Source: Octopus vulgaris (lineage: Eukaryota). From it: a stretch of DNA of 64,000 bases. Under the pieces are notes generated by a model that did not search any database, was not told the DNA's origin, and worked only from the letters and a program-made list of their open reading frames with translations. Numbering within the stretch: the first letter of the stretch is position 1; each line of letters begins with the position of its first letter. A program made the position numbers and the translations under genes. Shown piece after piece: positions 1 to 14,017 of this stretch. Where the stretch lies: NCBI GenBank assembly GCA_951406725.2, contig OX597818.1, positions 45,694,001-45,758,000 of the forward strand, read 5' to 3'.

Positions 1-699
1 TTGTCGTATGTATGTGTGTTACTGACTCTGTGTCTTGGTAGTTATAAACGAGTGTCACCGTTGTGCAAGTGATTTCTTTTGCTTCCATTCTTCTGGACAT
101 GAGGAAAACATTACTTTGCTTGAAAACAAGCGTAAATTAACGGCAGCAAGAGCATCTGGCCGTACATAGAAAAGCCGCCCTCGACAAATTCTGTCTAAGC
201 CATGCAAGCATGGGCGATAAAACGATGATGATGAATTGGAAAGACAACTTTACAACTAGTCTTCCCAGATTCTACAGTAAACACATCCCAATCCATCTTC
301 CCTCATTGCAACTCTCAGGAATTTCCTCCTGTTGATGTTCAAGGTGACCATCAACTGCATTTGTCTGCACCCTCCTCACTTATAAAACTAAAAAAGCAAT
401 TTACAATATTAAAATTGATAATACAACCAAGTGACAGTTTGCCAGAATTGTTAGAGAAGTTATAAACCTTTACATTCTAAATTCAAATCCCTTCAGTTAA
501 AAATACTTGGAGTGATTTATAATACATCTTAGATGTGAATGAAATTATAATATATACATGCATATATATGTGTATGTGTATACTGCATACCTCACTCACC
601 TTCGCTCCAGGACGTAGAGTCTTAGCTGTTTCAGCCTTTCCCAGTAGCTGAGCAGTTGCAAAGAGATGATCTTCGCTGGATTGCTTCAAGGTCTGCTGT

Positions 700-1340
700 T
701 AATTTTACACTGTTGGGTGACGATAGCTGGGAGCACTAATCCAGGTGGCTGAGGATGAATGTCCTTTATAGGACCATCATGGTTTCTTTATCTCTGGTTC
801 TGAATGTTCTCGGGATCCAGCCAGCCTGTACTTTGTTGCCATCCTGGTAATGTGCACTTGGAAAGAGTGCACTAAGGTCGATACCCAGGTCCCTCATTGA
901 TTTATGCTCTGGGATTGAAATTTACTGTAGACCAATGTACCCTGTAAGTTTCATATTCAGTTTTGGACACTTGTAGTGCATGGCTTGGACATTTTCAGCA
1001 TTAAACTGCATATTATTATCCTGAGCCCATCTCTAAATTGAGTCCAACTCCTGCTGCAGTTGTGCAATATCACTGGGGCTTTGTATTTTCTGCAAGACTT
1101 TCATATCATCTGTGTAGCTAGCAAGGCAGTTGAGGCCATATTTGAGAGGCCACTATTGAAAGCAGTGGTCCCGAGACTGCCCTGTGGAACACCGCTCACT
1201 ATTTGTGTTTTCATTGAGGTGGCTCTATTGGCCACTACTGCTTCACTTCTGTCTTTCTGAAAGTCATGTAACCACTCTCCAAGTTTTCCAGCTATGCCAA
1301 GTTCACACAGTTTGTGGCATATCATATGGATATATCTAGC
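700..1340 (-). mobile_element. CR1/L2-group LINE RT fragment
   Basis: LGIAGKLGEWLHDF..DR...VV.N......IVSGVPQGS motif. Confidence 0.7.
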
Positions 1341-2270
1341 CAAGGAAGAAGCAGAAAAGAGGTTTGCCTATGTTCAGTGATGTGAGGACCAAAGACTTGA
1401 AATGTTTCAGACTGCAAAACAGTGTGTGAGAAAAAATTGTGATGTCATAGGAGAGAAATGTGTCCGCATCTAATGCCAGTGGAGTAAGCTAGAGGTAGTA
1501 GATAGCTTCCATTATCTAGGTGACCAAGTTAGTAGCAGAGATGGATGCTCTAAGAGCATAGCTCTGAGAATAAGATTAGGCTGGGCAAAGTTCCGAGAGC
1601 TCCTACCTCTGCTGACAACAAAGGGCCTCTCCCTTAGAGTGAAAGGCAGATTATATGATGCCTGTGTGTGAACAGCTATGCTACACAGCAGGGAAACCTG
1701 GGCTGTGACAGCTGAGGACATGCATAGGCTTAAAAAAAATGAAGCCAGTATGCTTCAACTGGATGTGCAATATCAGTGTGCATGTTTGACAGTGTAAGCA
1801 TCTTGAGAGAAAAGTTGGGCATAAGAGGCATCAGATGTGTTGTGCAAGAGAGACAACTGTGCTGGTATGGTTATTTGATGCATATGGACGAGGACAGCTG
1901 TGGAAGGAACCTGTGGTAGAGGTAGAGCCAGGAAGACCTGGGACGAGGTGGTGAAGCATGATCTTCAAAATTTGGGCCTCACAAAGGAAAAGTTATTCAT
2001 GCCGGTGGCACATGAAAAGCTCCTTTCAAGTGTTGGGCCTCACAGAGGCAATGAACAAGCTAAATAAAATCACGATCATGATAGATACCAATGTCACACA
2101 AATGCACATAAAAGCACCCATCACACTCTCAGAGTGGCTAGCATTAGGAAGGGCATCAAGCTGTAGAAACCATGCCACAACAGACTGGAGTCTGGTGCAG
2201 CTTGCCAGCCCTGGCAAACCATCCAACTTATGCCAGCATGGACAATGGACACTTAATGATGATGATGCTG
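1340..2270 (+). mobile_element. Internally deleted RTE fragments plus 3'UTR/(GAT)n tail
   Basis: Nucleotide similarity to 42940-43075 and 44270-44810 (ggagagaaatgtgtccgcat; aagggcctctccct.agag.gaaaggcaga) and the shared tail. Confidence 0.82.
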
Positions 2271-2415
2271 ATTAGTCTGTCTCGTTTCCTGATGAGTATG
2301 AAGCTTGTTTGGCTTGCATGCTCACCTGCATGGGCTAATGTTTATAACATTAAGCACTTCAACCTTGCTAGTCTTGGAAAACCTACAAAGGACATAGGTA
2401 CAGCCCCTTCTAGAC

Positions 2416-2667
2416 CAATGGTTCTCAACTGAGGTCCATGTGGCCAGGTGAGGTCCAAATAACATTTTGTTGTTAAAATGAAATTAATTGGTTATATTTT
2501 GTTATTTTACAATACACAAAATATTTTAGCTATTTTTATACAATTCTTAATAATATATGATTATAAAAATATAACAAGGTTTTTTAAACATCAAATTACT
2601 ATGAGGATCCACCTGAGTAAAATAGGAATCGAAGGGGTCACTAAAGAAAAATGGTTGAGAACCACTG
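2416..2667. mobile_element. hAT (Charlie-like) MITE
   Basis: TIRs CAATGGTTCTCAAC / GTTGAGAACCACTG, inserted at a TCTAGA-type target; TSD degenerate. Confidence 0.72.
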
Positions 2668-5600
2668 TCTTGGCTAATCCTATAAAAAAAAATGCCAAAT
2701 TCAGAACATGGCTATCACACCTATTTTGGCCATTATGTGATTGAAATGACAAATACTAGCTCCTACTTTTAGTTAAAAGATAAACTTTTGACTATATACA
2801 AAAATGAATGTTGAAATTTAACATTTAAATTATTGACCTTTTGACAATTGGAGTTAGAAAATACTTCAGTTGTGATCAGTTACTAATTCTTTACAAGGTG
2901 TAACCTACATTAGGACAAGCACTCAAGGCTGATCCCCTAAAATTGCCAAACTTACTGATTCACTGACAACACTGTTAATCAGTGGTGGAGCCTCTATCCA
3001 GCTAAGTTACTTCAAATCACAGTTTATCATTTCCAAACAGGAAAGACTTACAGAACACTAGTTTTTAATGTATGAAACATGAGAATGGTCAAAGGTGCAT
3101 TGCCTTTGATTACAGATTTGCTAAACCAGGGTTGATCTGAGGCTAAACAACACTGCCACCACCACTACAACTATAATCATAATAATATGTTGTGCCTTCA
3201 CTTTATTTCTTCTAACACCACTACATCATCATCATCATCATCATCGTTTAATGTCCGCTTTCCATGCTAGCATGGGTTGGACGATTTGACTGAGGACTGG
3301 CGAACCAGATGGCTGCACCAGACTTCAATCTTGATCTGGCAGGGTTTCTACAGCTGGATACCCTTCCTAATGCCAACCACTCCAAGAGTGTAGTGGGTGC
3401 TTTTTACGTGCCACGCTCAAATGGTGCTTTTTATGTGCCACCTGCACAGGAGCCGGTCCAGCGGCACTGGCAACGACCTCGCTCGAATGTTTTTTCACGT
3501 GCCACCAGCACAAGTGCTAGTAAGGCGACGCACAATAGTTTCTTATTTCTTTATTGCCCACAAGGGGACAAACAAGGACAGACAAACGGATTAAGTCAAT
3601 TACATCTACCCCAGTGCGTAACTGGTACTTAATTTATCGACCCCAAAAGATGAAAGGCAAAGTCGACCATGGCGGAATTTGAACTCAGAACATAACGGCA
3701 GACTAAGCATTTCGCCTGGCATGCTAGCAATTCTGCCAGCTTGCCGCCTTACAATAGAAACTACAATAGTTTCTGCTTCTCTGAACTTGTAAGTTGTATT
3801 ACCCACTCACACCCCACTGCACTCTCCTCTCACCATCCCTGGTGCTTCACCCTCAAACACTCTGCTAAAAATTTCCCCTATTGGATAGTAATACTGGAAT
3901 GTTCTTTCCATCTGCATTTACTCTACAGGTAATCAATCAGCAAAACCTCAAACTGAACATTTAGTACATCCATCTATTTGAAAAGATCTGCAAAGACAAT
4001 GTACAAAGTCTGTCTTCCTGAGACTAAATAATGAAAAAGAAAAAAAAAATGTTTAAGCTTCTGTGACTATAGTTGGTTCAGTTGCCTAAAAAAATTTCAA
4101 TTTCCTTCTTTAAAATTCATTAGTTTTTGTTTTCTTTTTACTCTTTTACTTGTTTCAGTCATTTTTTGCTCTCTTTTTACTCTTTTACTTGTTTCAGTCA
4201 TTTGACTGTGGACATACTGGAGCACTGCCTTTAGTCAAAGAAATCGACCCCAGAACTTATTCTTTGTAAGCCTAGTACTTATTCTATCGGTCTCTTTTGC
4301 CGAACTGCTAAGTTACGGGGGATGTAAACACACCAGCATCGGTTGTCAAGCGATGTTGGGGGACAAACACATACACACACACACGCACACATACATATAT
4401 ACGACAGGCTTCTTTCAGTTTCCGTCTACGAAATCCACTCACAAGGCTTTGGTCGGCCCGAAGCTATAGTAGAAGAGGTGCCACACAGTGGGACTGAACC
4501 CGGAATCATGTGGTTCATAAGCAAGCTACTTACCACAGCCACTCCTGCGCCTATTTTTTTTCTTTTCCTTTCTGAGAAGTAATGTCCAGAGATATTGTAT
4601 ATTCTTCTAGATTGTTTACAAGCTGGTACCATATATGAAAAATACCCAATACATTCTATAAAGTGGTTAGTGTTAGGAAGGGCGTCCAACCATAGAAATT
4701 ATGCCAAAACAGATAATCGGTGCCTTGTGCAGCCCTCTAGTTTGCCAGCTTGTGACAAACTGTCCAACCCATGCCAGCATGGGAAATGAACGTTAGATGA
4801 TGATGTTTGATATGAATATAGTACAAGATTGATATTGATGAAAAGTAAGATGAAAAATTTGGTAACAAAAATATTACAAATTGAGTACAGTAGATTTTAC
4901 AGATTGATTAGTATAACATCTGGGGAAATAATATAAATTGCTCCATCAACACCCTCAATTGCATAAAATTTTCAATTTCTTTTTTAAAAATTCATTAGTT
5001 TTTGTTAATTTTATTTGTGTGGGGAGTTCCTCTCAGAGACGGTGAGGCAATGCCCAGAGATATTGTATATTCTTTTAGATGGAAAACAGACGTTAAATGA
5101 TGGTGATTGATGTGAATAGCTTACAAGATGAAAAAGTTTGATGGAAAATTTGGTAACAAAAATATTACTAATTGAGCATAGTAGATTTTACAAAGTGATT
5201 AGTGTAGCATCTGAGGAAATAAGAAGCACTAGTTAAAAAAAGACAAAAACTACAGCATTGGTTTAGGTGGGCATAGCCAAGAAGTCATTGTTATGGTAGC
5301 AAAAAAGAAAAACAGTAGGCAGGGCCAGTGTCTTGTTTTGCTTTTAATGATTTGACTTGAAGGCACGTGGCTTAGTGGTTAGGGGTATTCAGCCCATAGT
5401 AGTAAGGTTGTGGGTTCGATTCCTGGCAGTACTTTGAATGTATTCTTGAGCAAGACAAATTATTTCATGTTACCCCAGTCTACTCATTTGGCAAAAATGA
5501 GTTGTATCTGTATTTCAAAGGGCCAGTCCTCGTCACATCTTGTGTCACACTGAATCTCCCTGAGAACTACATTAATTTCACGAACAGGCTGTTACGTTAA

Positions 5601-6019
5601 ACTGGAACCTTTGTTGGCATAACCAATGGAGTGCCAGGCAGAACAGGCTTGAAGGAGGATGCTGTACCTGTGGCCTGGAATTGATGTGGTTGATTTTCCT
5701 TTTGAACAACTGAAGGCAAAATATGAGCAGATGGAGAATTTTAGAAGATTAACATGTTTGGAGTGTGAGTAAGGGACAAGTGAGATGGGGAAAGCCTGAG
5801 TGGAAATGGTATAAAAGCAGCCTGTCCTGAAATGCAGCGATTATGGTTAGTAAGTGCAGAAAAGCAGACTGGTAAGAAAGAAAGTGAGCATGTGTGAGGT
5901 CCAGAGGTTGGTACATATTAGGGAATGACATGAAACTTGTCAATCAAATGACTTTTTATTTCTTTATTTTTGTGGAGGGTGGGGAAGTGGAGAACATTAA
6001 GATGTCTGTGAAACAATAG

Positions 6020-6580
6020 AACCATCCCATGCATTTTGGGAGGAAAAACCCAGCGTCTACTTACTCCCTCCACAACTCTAATCTCAAAAAGTCTTCTTGT
6101 GAACATGACCTGGGCATTATTGTCGACAGCGATTTGCGTTGGACAAAACACATCGCTAAAATTGCCAAGAAGGCATCCCTCACCAAGTCCTTTGTGAGCC
6201 GCTCTCCGGCTATCTATCTGCAGCTTTATATAGCTATGATACGACCTCACCTGGAATTTGCATCACCGGTCTGGGACCCCTATCTTGCCCAGGATATTAA
6301 TCGTCTGGAAGCTGTTCAGCGATGTGCAACCAAGGGAATCAGTTGTTAGTTGTCGAAGCACTGCATCCTTCAAAACTTCCATGCTTCCTGAGATTCGCCA
6401 ACACTGCACCTGATTTTCCCCCCTCCATAAACACGCAACCATGTATCTGACTCATATACTGTTCGTTTTCCAGGCATTTGTACATTACTGCATATACTTT
6501 ATACGCACTTTTTGACAAGTTGTGGTGCACCTGAGCACTGTATACAATAATTTCATTATTATTATTATTATTATTATTAT
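6020..6580 (+). mobile_element. CR1-group LINE 3' fragment with (ATT)n tail
   Basis: EHDLGIIVDSDLRWTKHI...IRPHLEFASPVWDPY...INRLEAVQRCATK; the 3'UTR recurs at about 12750-13080 and partly near 35740-35830. Confidence 0.85.
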
Positions 6581-6979
6581 TAAAAGCCATAGACTTATAG
6601 AAAACCTGTGAATGATTCCTTATATCAAGGAATAGCTTTTTCTGAATGCTTTTCTAAACTGTATGGGGTTTTTGTCGTTATTTTTTATTATACTTTTTAC
6701 TTTCATTGATAAAGCACTAAATATATTTTCATATCGTTTTGTTTTCTTGATTGAATATATATTTATCCTCTCCACACTTTTCATGTTTCTGTTTTCAATT
6801 TATATCTAATTTCTCTAGTAACAAAGACTAAACAAGGCCCAAGGTCAGTCCTTTCTTATTTAGATTATCCCTTTTATTTGTAACTGCTGCACTAACATAT
6901 TGAACTTATTCTTTAATCTGATCTGTTGAGACATGTCATTCTTATCCTAAGAAAACAATAGATTAATCTTTGTTTGCAG

Positions 6980-7031
6980 ATCACTGCTGTAAAGGCTTCT
7001 AATGGAACTACATCATCTCCATTCATCAAAT
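6980..7031 (+). CDS. Candidate internal exon of the MXRA7-like gene
   Basis: tttgtttgcag|ATC...AAA T|gtaaga, 52 nt, ITAVKASNGTTSSPFIK, ends in phase 1 as required by the 16079 exon; no homology support. Confidence 0.45.
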
Positions 7032-7700
7032 GTAAGACATGATAAGCTGCACAGTTTAGTCACAAGTTATTTATTAACTCTTTACTGACTTTATAATAAT
7101 ATTCTTCTTGGGCAAGTGTCTTCTACTACAGCCTTGTGCCAACCAAAGCCTTGTGAGTGGATTTGATAGACAGAAACTGAAAGACGCTCATTGCATACAT
7201 ACATGCATACATATATACATACCTACATACATACATGTGTGTATATACATATGTAGGTGTGTACATGTGTGTGTATGTACATGTGTGTATGTACATGTAT
7301 GTGTATATGTACGTGAGTGTGTGTACATGTACGTGTGTGTGTATGTATGTGTGTATGTACATATGTGTGTATATTTGTATGTATGTATGTATATGTATAA
7401 GTGTTTCTACAGCTGAATGCCCTTCCTAACGCCAACCTCTCCGAGAGTGTAGTGGGTGCTCCTACATGCTACCGGCACAAGGGCCAGTCAGGCGGTACTG
7501 GCAATTGCCACACTCAAATGGTATATTTTACGTGCCACCTGCACAGAAGCCAGACCAGCAGCACTGGCAACGACCTTGCTCAAATGTTTTTTCACATGCC
7601 ACCAGCACAAGTGCCAGCAAGGCGACGCTGATAACAATCATGTGTGAATGGTGCCTCTTAAATGCCACCAGCACAGAAGCCAGTTAGTTTCGTGTGTATA

Positions 7701-7737
<37 letters not shown>

Positions 7738-7750
7738 GTATGTGTATGTA

Positions 7751-7784
7751 TTGATGAACGGCAACGAGAAACTCAGAGTAACAG
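7751..7784 (+). ncRNA. 5'-truncated hammerhead-like motif
   Basis: (U)UGAUGA-ACG GCAA CGA-GAA-ACUC A GAGU-A/ACAG abutting a microsatellite; C3 and stem I 5' arm missing. Confidence 0.4.
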
Positions 7785-8040
7785 ATTTTGTTGAATTTTC
7801 TGCTGCTTTAAATAAAGCATATTACTCTACCACTGGTATTTGAGTACTCTTTTTTCCACCTTGTTTCACATTTATGTGTTTACTCCGGTATATATATGTA
7901 TGTATGTATATATGTATTTATATATATGTATATATATATTTATATATATGTATGTATGTGTATATATATACGTGTATATTTATTCTCTTTTTATTCTTTT
8001 TCTGGTGTTTTATTCTCTCTCTGTTTATTTCCTCATGTTC

Positions 8041-8076
8041 CTTTCTGTTGAAGAGCATAGGCTCGAAACATAAAAG
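8041..8076 (+). ncRNA. Hammerhead-like motif with variant CUGUUGA core
   Basis: CUUU-CUGUUGA-A-GAGC AUAG GCUC-GAAA-CA-UA/AAAG within a dispersed repeat (about 8000-8170). Confidence 0.55.
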
Positions 8077-9176
8077 ATTTTCTCACTTGTCCAAGCGTTA
8101 AACTAATACACCTATTTGTTGTTTATAAACCTGTCTTCGTCGTTTGTTTTTCTGTAAATTCCAACTATATCATATATCGTATATTCAACCACTACCTTGG
8201 TTGAATATATTCTCAAGTCCTCCATTCCATCAATCACAGCAGTTTCCAAGCTTCACCACTAATTCAGTTCTCAACTAAATTGCAAACTGTTGATAATTTT
8301 AAAGAGGACATCTCCTCAGCTACACTTTGGCATAAATTGTTTAAGATTTGGTTCAGTAGAAAAAAAATTACATCAAAATATGTCAGACCTCAAGTGAGTA
8401 GTAAGGCAGACATTCATCTTCAATTAACATAAATTTTTTAAATTTTAAATTGAAAATGTACTTTTCTTAGGCTTAAATGATAGGAAAATGCATGAGGAAT
8501 TCAGATTCATTTGTTGCATTGAACAAAAATTAGTAGAAAAACAGTTATGAGGTAAAATGGTACGAAATTTAATGTCATGAAGTAAGAAGTAACACTTAAG
8601 CAATAAGAGTAAAGAATATATTTCTAAAATGAATTTTTACATTCTAAGGTTGCGAGCTGGCAGAAACATTAGCTCGCTGGGCAAAATGCTTAGTGGTATT
8701 TTGTCTGTCTTTATGTTTTGAGTTCAAATTTCGCTGAGGTCGAGATTATTTAATCAATATTTTTTTAATTAGACACTTTCAAACTTCTGATACTGGTAGA
8801 ATATGTTGCATAGAACAGGGTTTATTCTTAATGTTTTTGACAAAATTTTGTATTTTAGAAGCAGTATTTCATCTGTCTTTACATTTTGAGTTCAAATTCT
8901 GCCGAAGTTGACTTTCCCCTTCATCCATTTCGGAGCTATTCAATTAGACGTACAAATTATTTAATTAATTTTTTTTAACTAAACACTTTCAAACTTCCAA
9001 TACTGGTAGAATGTGTCACATAGAACAGGGTTTACTCTTAACATTTTTGACAAAACTTTGTATTTTAGAAGTTATTTCGTCAGAAGTTACAGAGCGACAA
9101 TGGACAAATTCGTGTTTGTTAAGTGCCAATACATGAAACTCTCAGCTTTTAACTTAATCTCTAACTTCTGATGATG

Positions 9177-9208
<32 letters not shown>

Positions 9209-9679
9209 TACATATATGTGTAAAAAAATCTCATTATGCAGTCGAACCAATGAAAGAGCCTCTACCTAGTCACTCAACACACTAAAAATAGCAGCCAAAG
9301 TATCCCCCTACCTAAATCACATGCCCATTGTATGTAATATCCTAGATTATCCCTAAAAAAATGATTTGCTGAAGGCTGGAATGTCTTTGATGATAGGTTT
9401 GCAGTATCAGGGTTGATTCTGAGGCTAAATAACAACATTATGGTCAATTTCTATATTAACACCCACACGAATTTCACTAAGTAAAAAAAAACATTTGATC
9501 AAGTACCCTGACCTCCTAATATGCTGCAAATCCCTTATTTTGGTTTGGAAAAAATGAGTGGAGGAGTCGTCCCCCCACCAATCCAAGAATCATTGGGATT
9601 TTTTTTTTTCGTTGAATGAATTCCTGTGACCTCCTAATATTGCAAAATTAGGTTACTCAAGCCTCTCTTCCGCTAGGGA

Positions 9680-11430
9680 CACTTTTAATAGTGTTGCCCC
9701 AGTATATAATAAGGCTCTAAAAGATAGTGGATTTAGCAAGGAAATAATCTATACACCTGCCACCAGTCCAGTAACAAAGAAGAGGAAACATAGGAATAGG
9801 AAAACTATCTGGTTCACACACCCCTACTCACCCAAAGTGACCTTCAATATAGGCAAGTATTTCTTAGCACTGATAGATAGACATTTTCCAGTCAACCACA
9901 GTTACAGAAAGCTCTGTTTCAGCTCAACTACTAATTTTAAAAATATAATTGCACACAACACACAAAAACCAAATTATGAAACCAGCTGCTCATGCAGGGA
10001 TACAAATTTGTGCCCACTAAATGGAGCTTGCATGTCTAAGACCATCATTTATGAAGCCACTGTGGACTCTATATCCACTAAGGACACGGTTTCGATGAAG
10101 AAATACGTGGGTCTTACAGAGGGTAATTTCAAGGCCAGGCACCTTGAACTTCAGGCACTGGGATAAAAGGAAAACAACCAAATTATCTAGTCATATATGG
10201 TCCTTAAAAGATATAGGTGTCAGTTACAACATCCATTGGAAGATCTTAGCCAAGTGTAAGCCCTACACCAATGGCAGTGGAAAGTGCAGACTTTGTGATA
10301 TGGAAAGATGGCTCATCTGGTAAAGCAGCTTAGACCCCGCCACATGTCTAAATTCAAGAACTGAAGTTTTCAGATCATGTCCACACATGGCTAAATATTT
10401 GTTACATTTTTGGTTCCCCCGAGATGACAGAAAGGACTTGCTTTCTATATTGTGTCCACATACAAGCTTTTTATCTCTCAATACTTTTTACTTATATTTC
10501 TTATATATTTATATATTTTTAATATATTTTTTTACATATTTATAGAGATATTGTTTTATAAGTTTATTGCTCATATATTTTTTACACATATTTTTTCTGT
10601 ATTCTACCTTTCACCCTGCATTTTCTCTGTGCGTATATAGATGTGTATATGGAATTTTTTTTGCACGCATCTGGATGTGTGCATGTATGTGCGTATATAG
10701 ACGTGTGTGTGGGCATGCATGCGTGTATGCGCGTATATAGACATTTTTCTCTTATTGCTTATTTTTTACACATTTTTCTGTATTTTGCCTTTTAGCCCTG
10801 TTTTTTCTTGAGCATGTGCATATATAGACATGTGTATGAACCTTTTTTGTGCGCGTGTGTGTGTGCGGGTATGCGCGTATATAGACGTGTGTGCGTGCGT
10901 GCGTGCATACGAATATGTGTGTATATAGACGTGTTTTACTCTTATTGCTTATTTTTTTACACGTTTTTACACATTTTTCTGTATTGTACCTTTAGCCGTT
11001 TTTTCTTGGGCATGTGTGTGTATAGACGTGTGCATGAAACTTTTTTGTGTGCGTGTGTGTGCAAGTATGTATGTATATATTTTTGGCAAATGTATGGGTG
11101 AGCATGTGTGTGTTTCAAGTGAGGGTGGATGAATATATACTTAAAGGTGTATGTATGTGGGTGTGCGGGCGCACATGTGTAGGTGTGGACATGCGCGCTT
11201 ACGCGAATACTATGAACATTTTTACTTCCTCCCCTCACTTAGCGGTCATTCAAATAGCTCTTTTATCTTCATAACAGTCAATCACACAGTATTTTCCCTT
11301 TGTATAATGGTCATTTTTCATAGCATTTTTTCCGATGACTGGATAACTGAAGAGATGGCAGCTTGGGTTTCTGCCCCAACATCCAAAACTTGGAGTTTTA
11401 TCATGGCTACTGAATAATTGTCACATATTA
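9680..11430 (+). mobile_element. Penelope-like element remnant (C-terminal GIY-YIG, possibly Nematis type) with 3' region and decayed hammerhead
   Basis: RKTIWF..PYS..V.FNIGKYFL.LIDRHFP, CSCR....CPLNGAC, IIYEATV...KYVGLTEGNFKAR, CRLC; frameshifted; hammerhead-like motif at 11342-11402. Confidence 0.82.
11342..11402 (+). ncRNA. Decayed type I hammerhead motif at 3' end of Penelope remnant
   Basis: GAUAA-CUGAAGA-GAUG...CAUC C-AAA-ACU UGG AGU-U/UUAUC; G12 lost (CGAAA to CAAAA, CpG-type change). Confidence 0.6.
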
Positions 11431-11437
11431 TATTTAC

Positions 11438-11491
<54 letters not shown>

Positions 11492-11715
11492 ATGTATGTA
11501 TATGTATGTATGTCTCTGGCCCCTGTGCCAGTGGCACGTAAAAAGCACCCACTACACTCATGGAGTGGTTGGCGTTAGAAAAGGCATCCAGCTGTAGAAA
11601 CACTGCCAGATCAGACTGGAGTCTTGTGCAGCCTCCTGGCTTCCCAGACCCCAGTCGAACCATCCAACCCATGCTAGCATGGAAAATAGACGTTAAACGA
11701 TGATGATGATGAAGT

Positions 11716-11759
<44 letters not shown>

Positions 11760-13535
11760 ATGTACATGTGTGTGTGTGTGTGTATGTACATATGTGTGTG
11801 TGTGTATGTACATATATGTGTGTGTATGTATGTGCATATATATATATATGGTACCCGTGGAAGTGGGATGGAGTGGTAAGGACCGATCTCAGGAAGTTGG
11901 CCTCACAGAGGAAATGACAACGGACCGAGATGTCTGGCGATATGAAGTTCTTGAGAAGACTGCCCACGTCAGTGAAACTGAGTTCTAGAAGCGTTGCGTG
12001 TACCACCCATACTTAACAATAAGACTTCTCACACACTCTACAACAACAAGCCAAACTACATCTCTACATCTTCTCTTCCTCACATTTCCACTTCATACAG
12101 TATGTTTACCTTCCACTTCTGTCCTCTTGGCCCTGTGCCACTGTATCATTGCTCTCCACTTAGCCACATGCCCCATCTCACTGTACTATTGCTATCTGTT
12201 AGCCCCTGACCTTTGTCTTTCCACCTACACATAACAAGAAAACTTTTCCCTCTCCCTACCCCAACAAACCAATCTACATTGCCACATCTCTTCTGTTTCT
12301 CAAATTTCCTCCTTCATACACGTAAAAAGCACCCACTACACTCACGGAGTGGTTGGCGTTAGGAAGGGCATCCAGCCATAGAAACACTGCCAGATCAGAC
12401 TGGGCCTGGTGCAGCCTTCTGGCCTCCCAGACCCCAGTTGAACCATCCAACCCATGCTAGCATGGAAAGCAGACGTTAAATGATGATACACTATCCCTAG
12501 CTCTCACTCCCCAATCCTGTCCTCACGGCTCTGTTCCTTTGTATCATTGCTATCCAGTAGTTCACCGACTCTATATACACCAAGATCTTTTGCCACTTAC
12601 TCACTCACACTCTTTAATCACATTTCCATCGCAAATATCCTACCACTTATGGCATTCGAACCTGAAGGTTCGAATATCCATAACATACCACCATCTATAT
12701 CTCTCTTCTTTTACTCGACCAAACTCCACCTGTCTAACACCCATGGACATATTTACTAAGTCAGAAAACAGCACAGCTCCCATGACTTTCGGAAACATTT
12801 TCTCACGCTGAGAGTTGCTGAAGCATGGAACAAACTGCCGGCATCAGTTGTTAATTGTCGGAGCACTGCATCCTTCAAAACTTCCATGCTTTCTGAGATT
12901 CGCCAACACTACACCTGATTTTCTCCCCTCCATACACACACAAGCATGTATCTGACTCATACACTGTTTGCTTTCCAGACATTTGTATATTACTGCATAT
13001 ACTTTATACACACTTTTGACAAGTTGTGGTGCACCCAAGCACTGTATACAATAATTTCATTATTATTATTATTTTTTTTTTTTATTCTGATCACCGTTCC
13101 TTGTGAGTATGCTCAGCTTTTTGCCACCATCTCTATCCTGGTGTCTCTCACTCTCTCTTCCTCCTACACTTCCCTCGGGTTGAGTAACCATGTATTTCCT
13201 TTGCGGTAGCGCACCTGTTTCTGTCTTCATTCCTGATATCTTTCCAGCCATTCCTGATATCTTTCCAGCCATTCCTGATCTCTTTCCTCTACAGTCCTGA
13301 TCTCTTTCCTCTACAGCAAGACACCTGTATCTGTCTCTATAACTTTTTCATCATACAACACAAGATCACCTCCTCCAATGTCTCCTCCCCTCTTGAAAGT
13401 TTTTTTTTTTTTTGTCTTGCAAGTACTTGGTAACCCTGTCAATGCAGGTGCCACTTAAAAGCACTCAATCTACACTGTAACGTGGTTGGTGTTCGGAAAG
13501 GCATCCAACTGTAAAAACCTTGCCAAAACTGTTGT

Positions 13536-13796
13536 TTATTTAAGAGATGAGGAATTATGTACATTATTTACATTTGACAGATATTTGTCTTCATCTTGTT
13601 TGTTGTTAACACAGCATTTCAGCTGATATACCCTCCAGCCTTCATCAGGTGTCTTGGGGAAATTTCGAACCTGGGTTCTCATTCCTAAGATATTTTTCGA
13701 TGTTATTATTATTATTAATAATAATAACATCGAAAAATATCTTAGGAATGAGAACCCAGGTTTGAAATTTCCCCAAGACACCTGATAAAGGCTGGA
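13536..13796. mobile_element. Penelope pseudo-LTR fragment with inverted duplicate (about 80-bp arms)
   Basis: 13634-13796 is a near-perfect palindrome centred on (TTA)n/(TAA)n; same sequence family as 30980-31125. Confidence 0.85.
13608..13653 (-). ncRNA. Minimal type I hammerhead motif, cleavage triplet mutated
   Basis: GACAC-CUGAUGA-A-GGCUG[10 nt]CAGCU-GAAA-UG-CU/GUGUU; same family as 31032-31077, U16.1 replaced by C. Confidence 0.65.
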
Positions 13797-13971
13797 ATGT
13801 AAAAAGCATTAAGCCCACTCTGCTGAGTGGTTGGTGCTAGGAAGGGCATCCAGCTGTAAAAATCCTGCCAAAATAGGCACAGAAGTCTGGTGCAGACTTC
13901 TACCTGGCTGGCTCTTGTGAAACTGTCCCACCCATGCTAACATGGAAGATGAACATAAAGGGTGATGGTGA

Positions 13972-14017
<46 letters not shown>

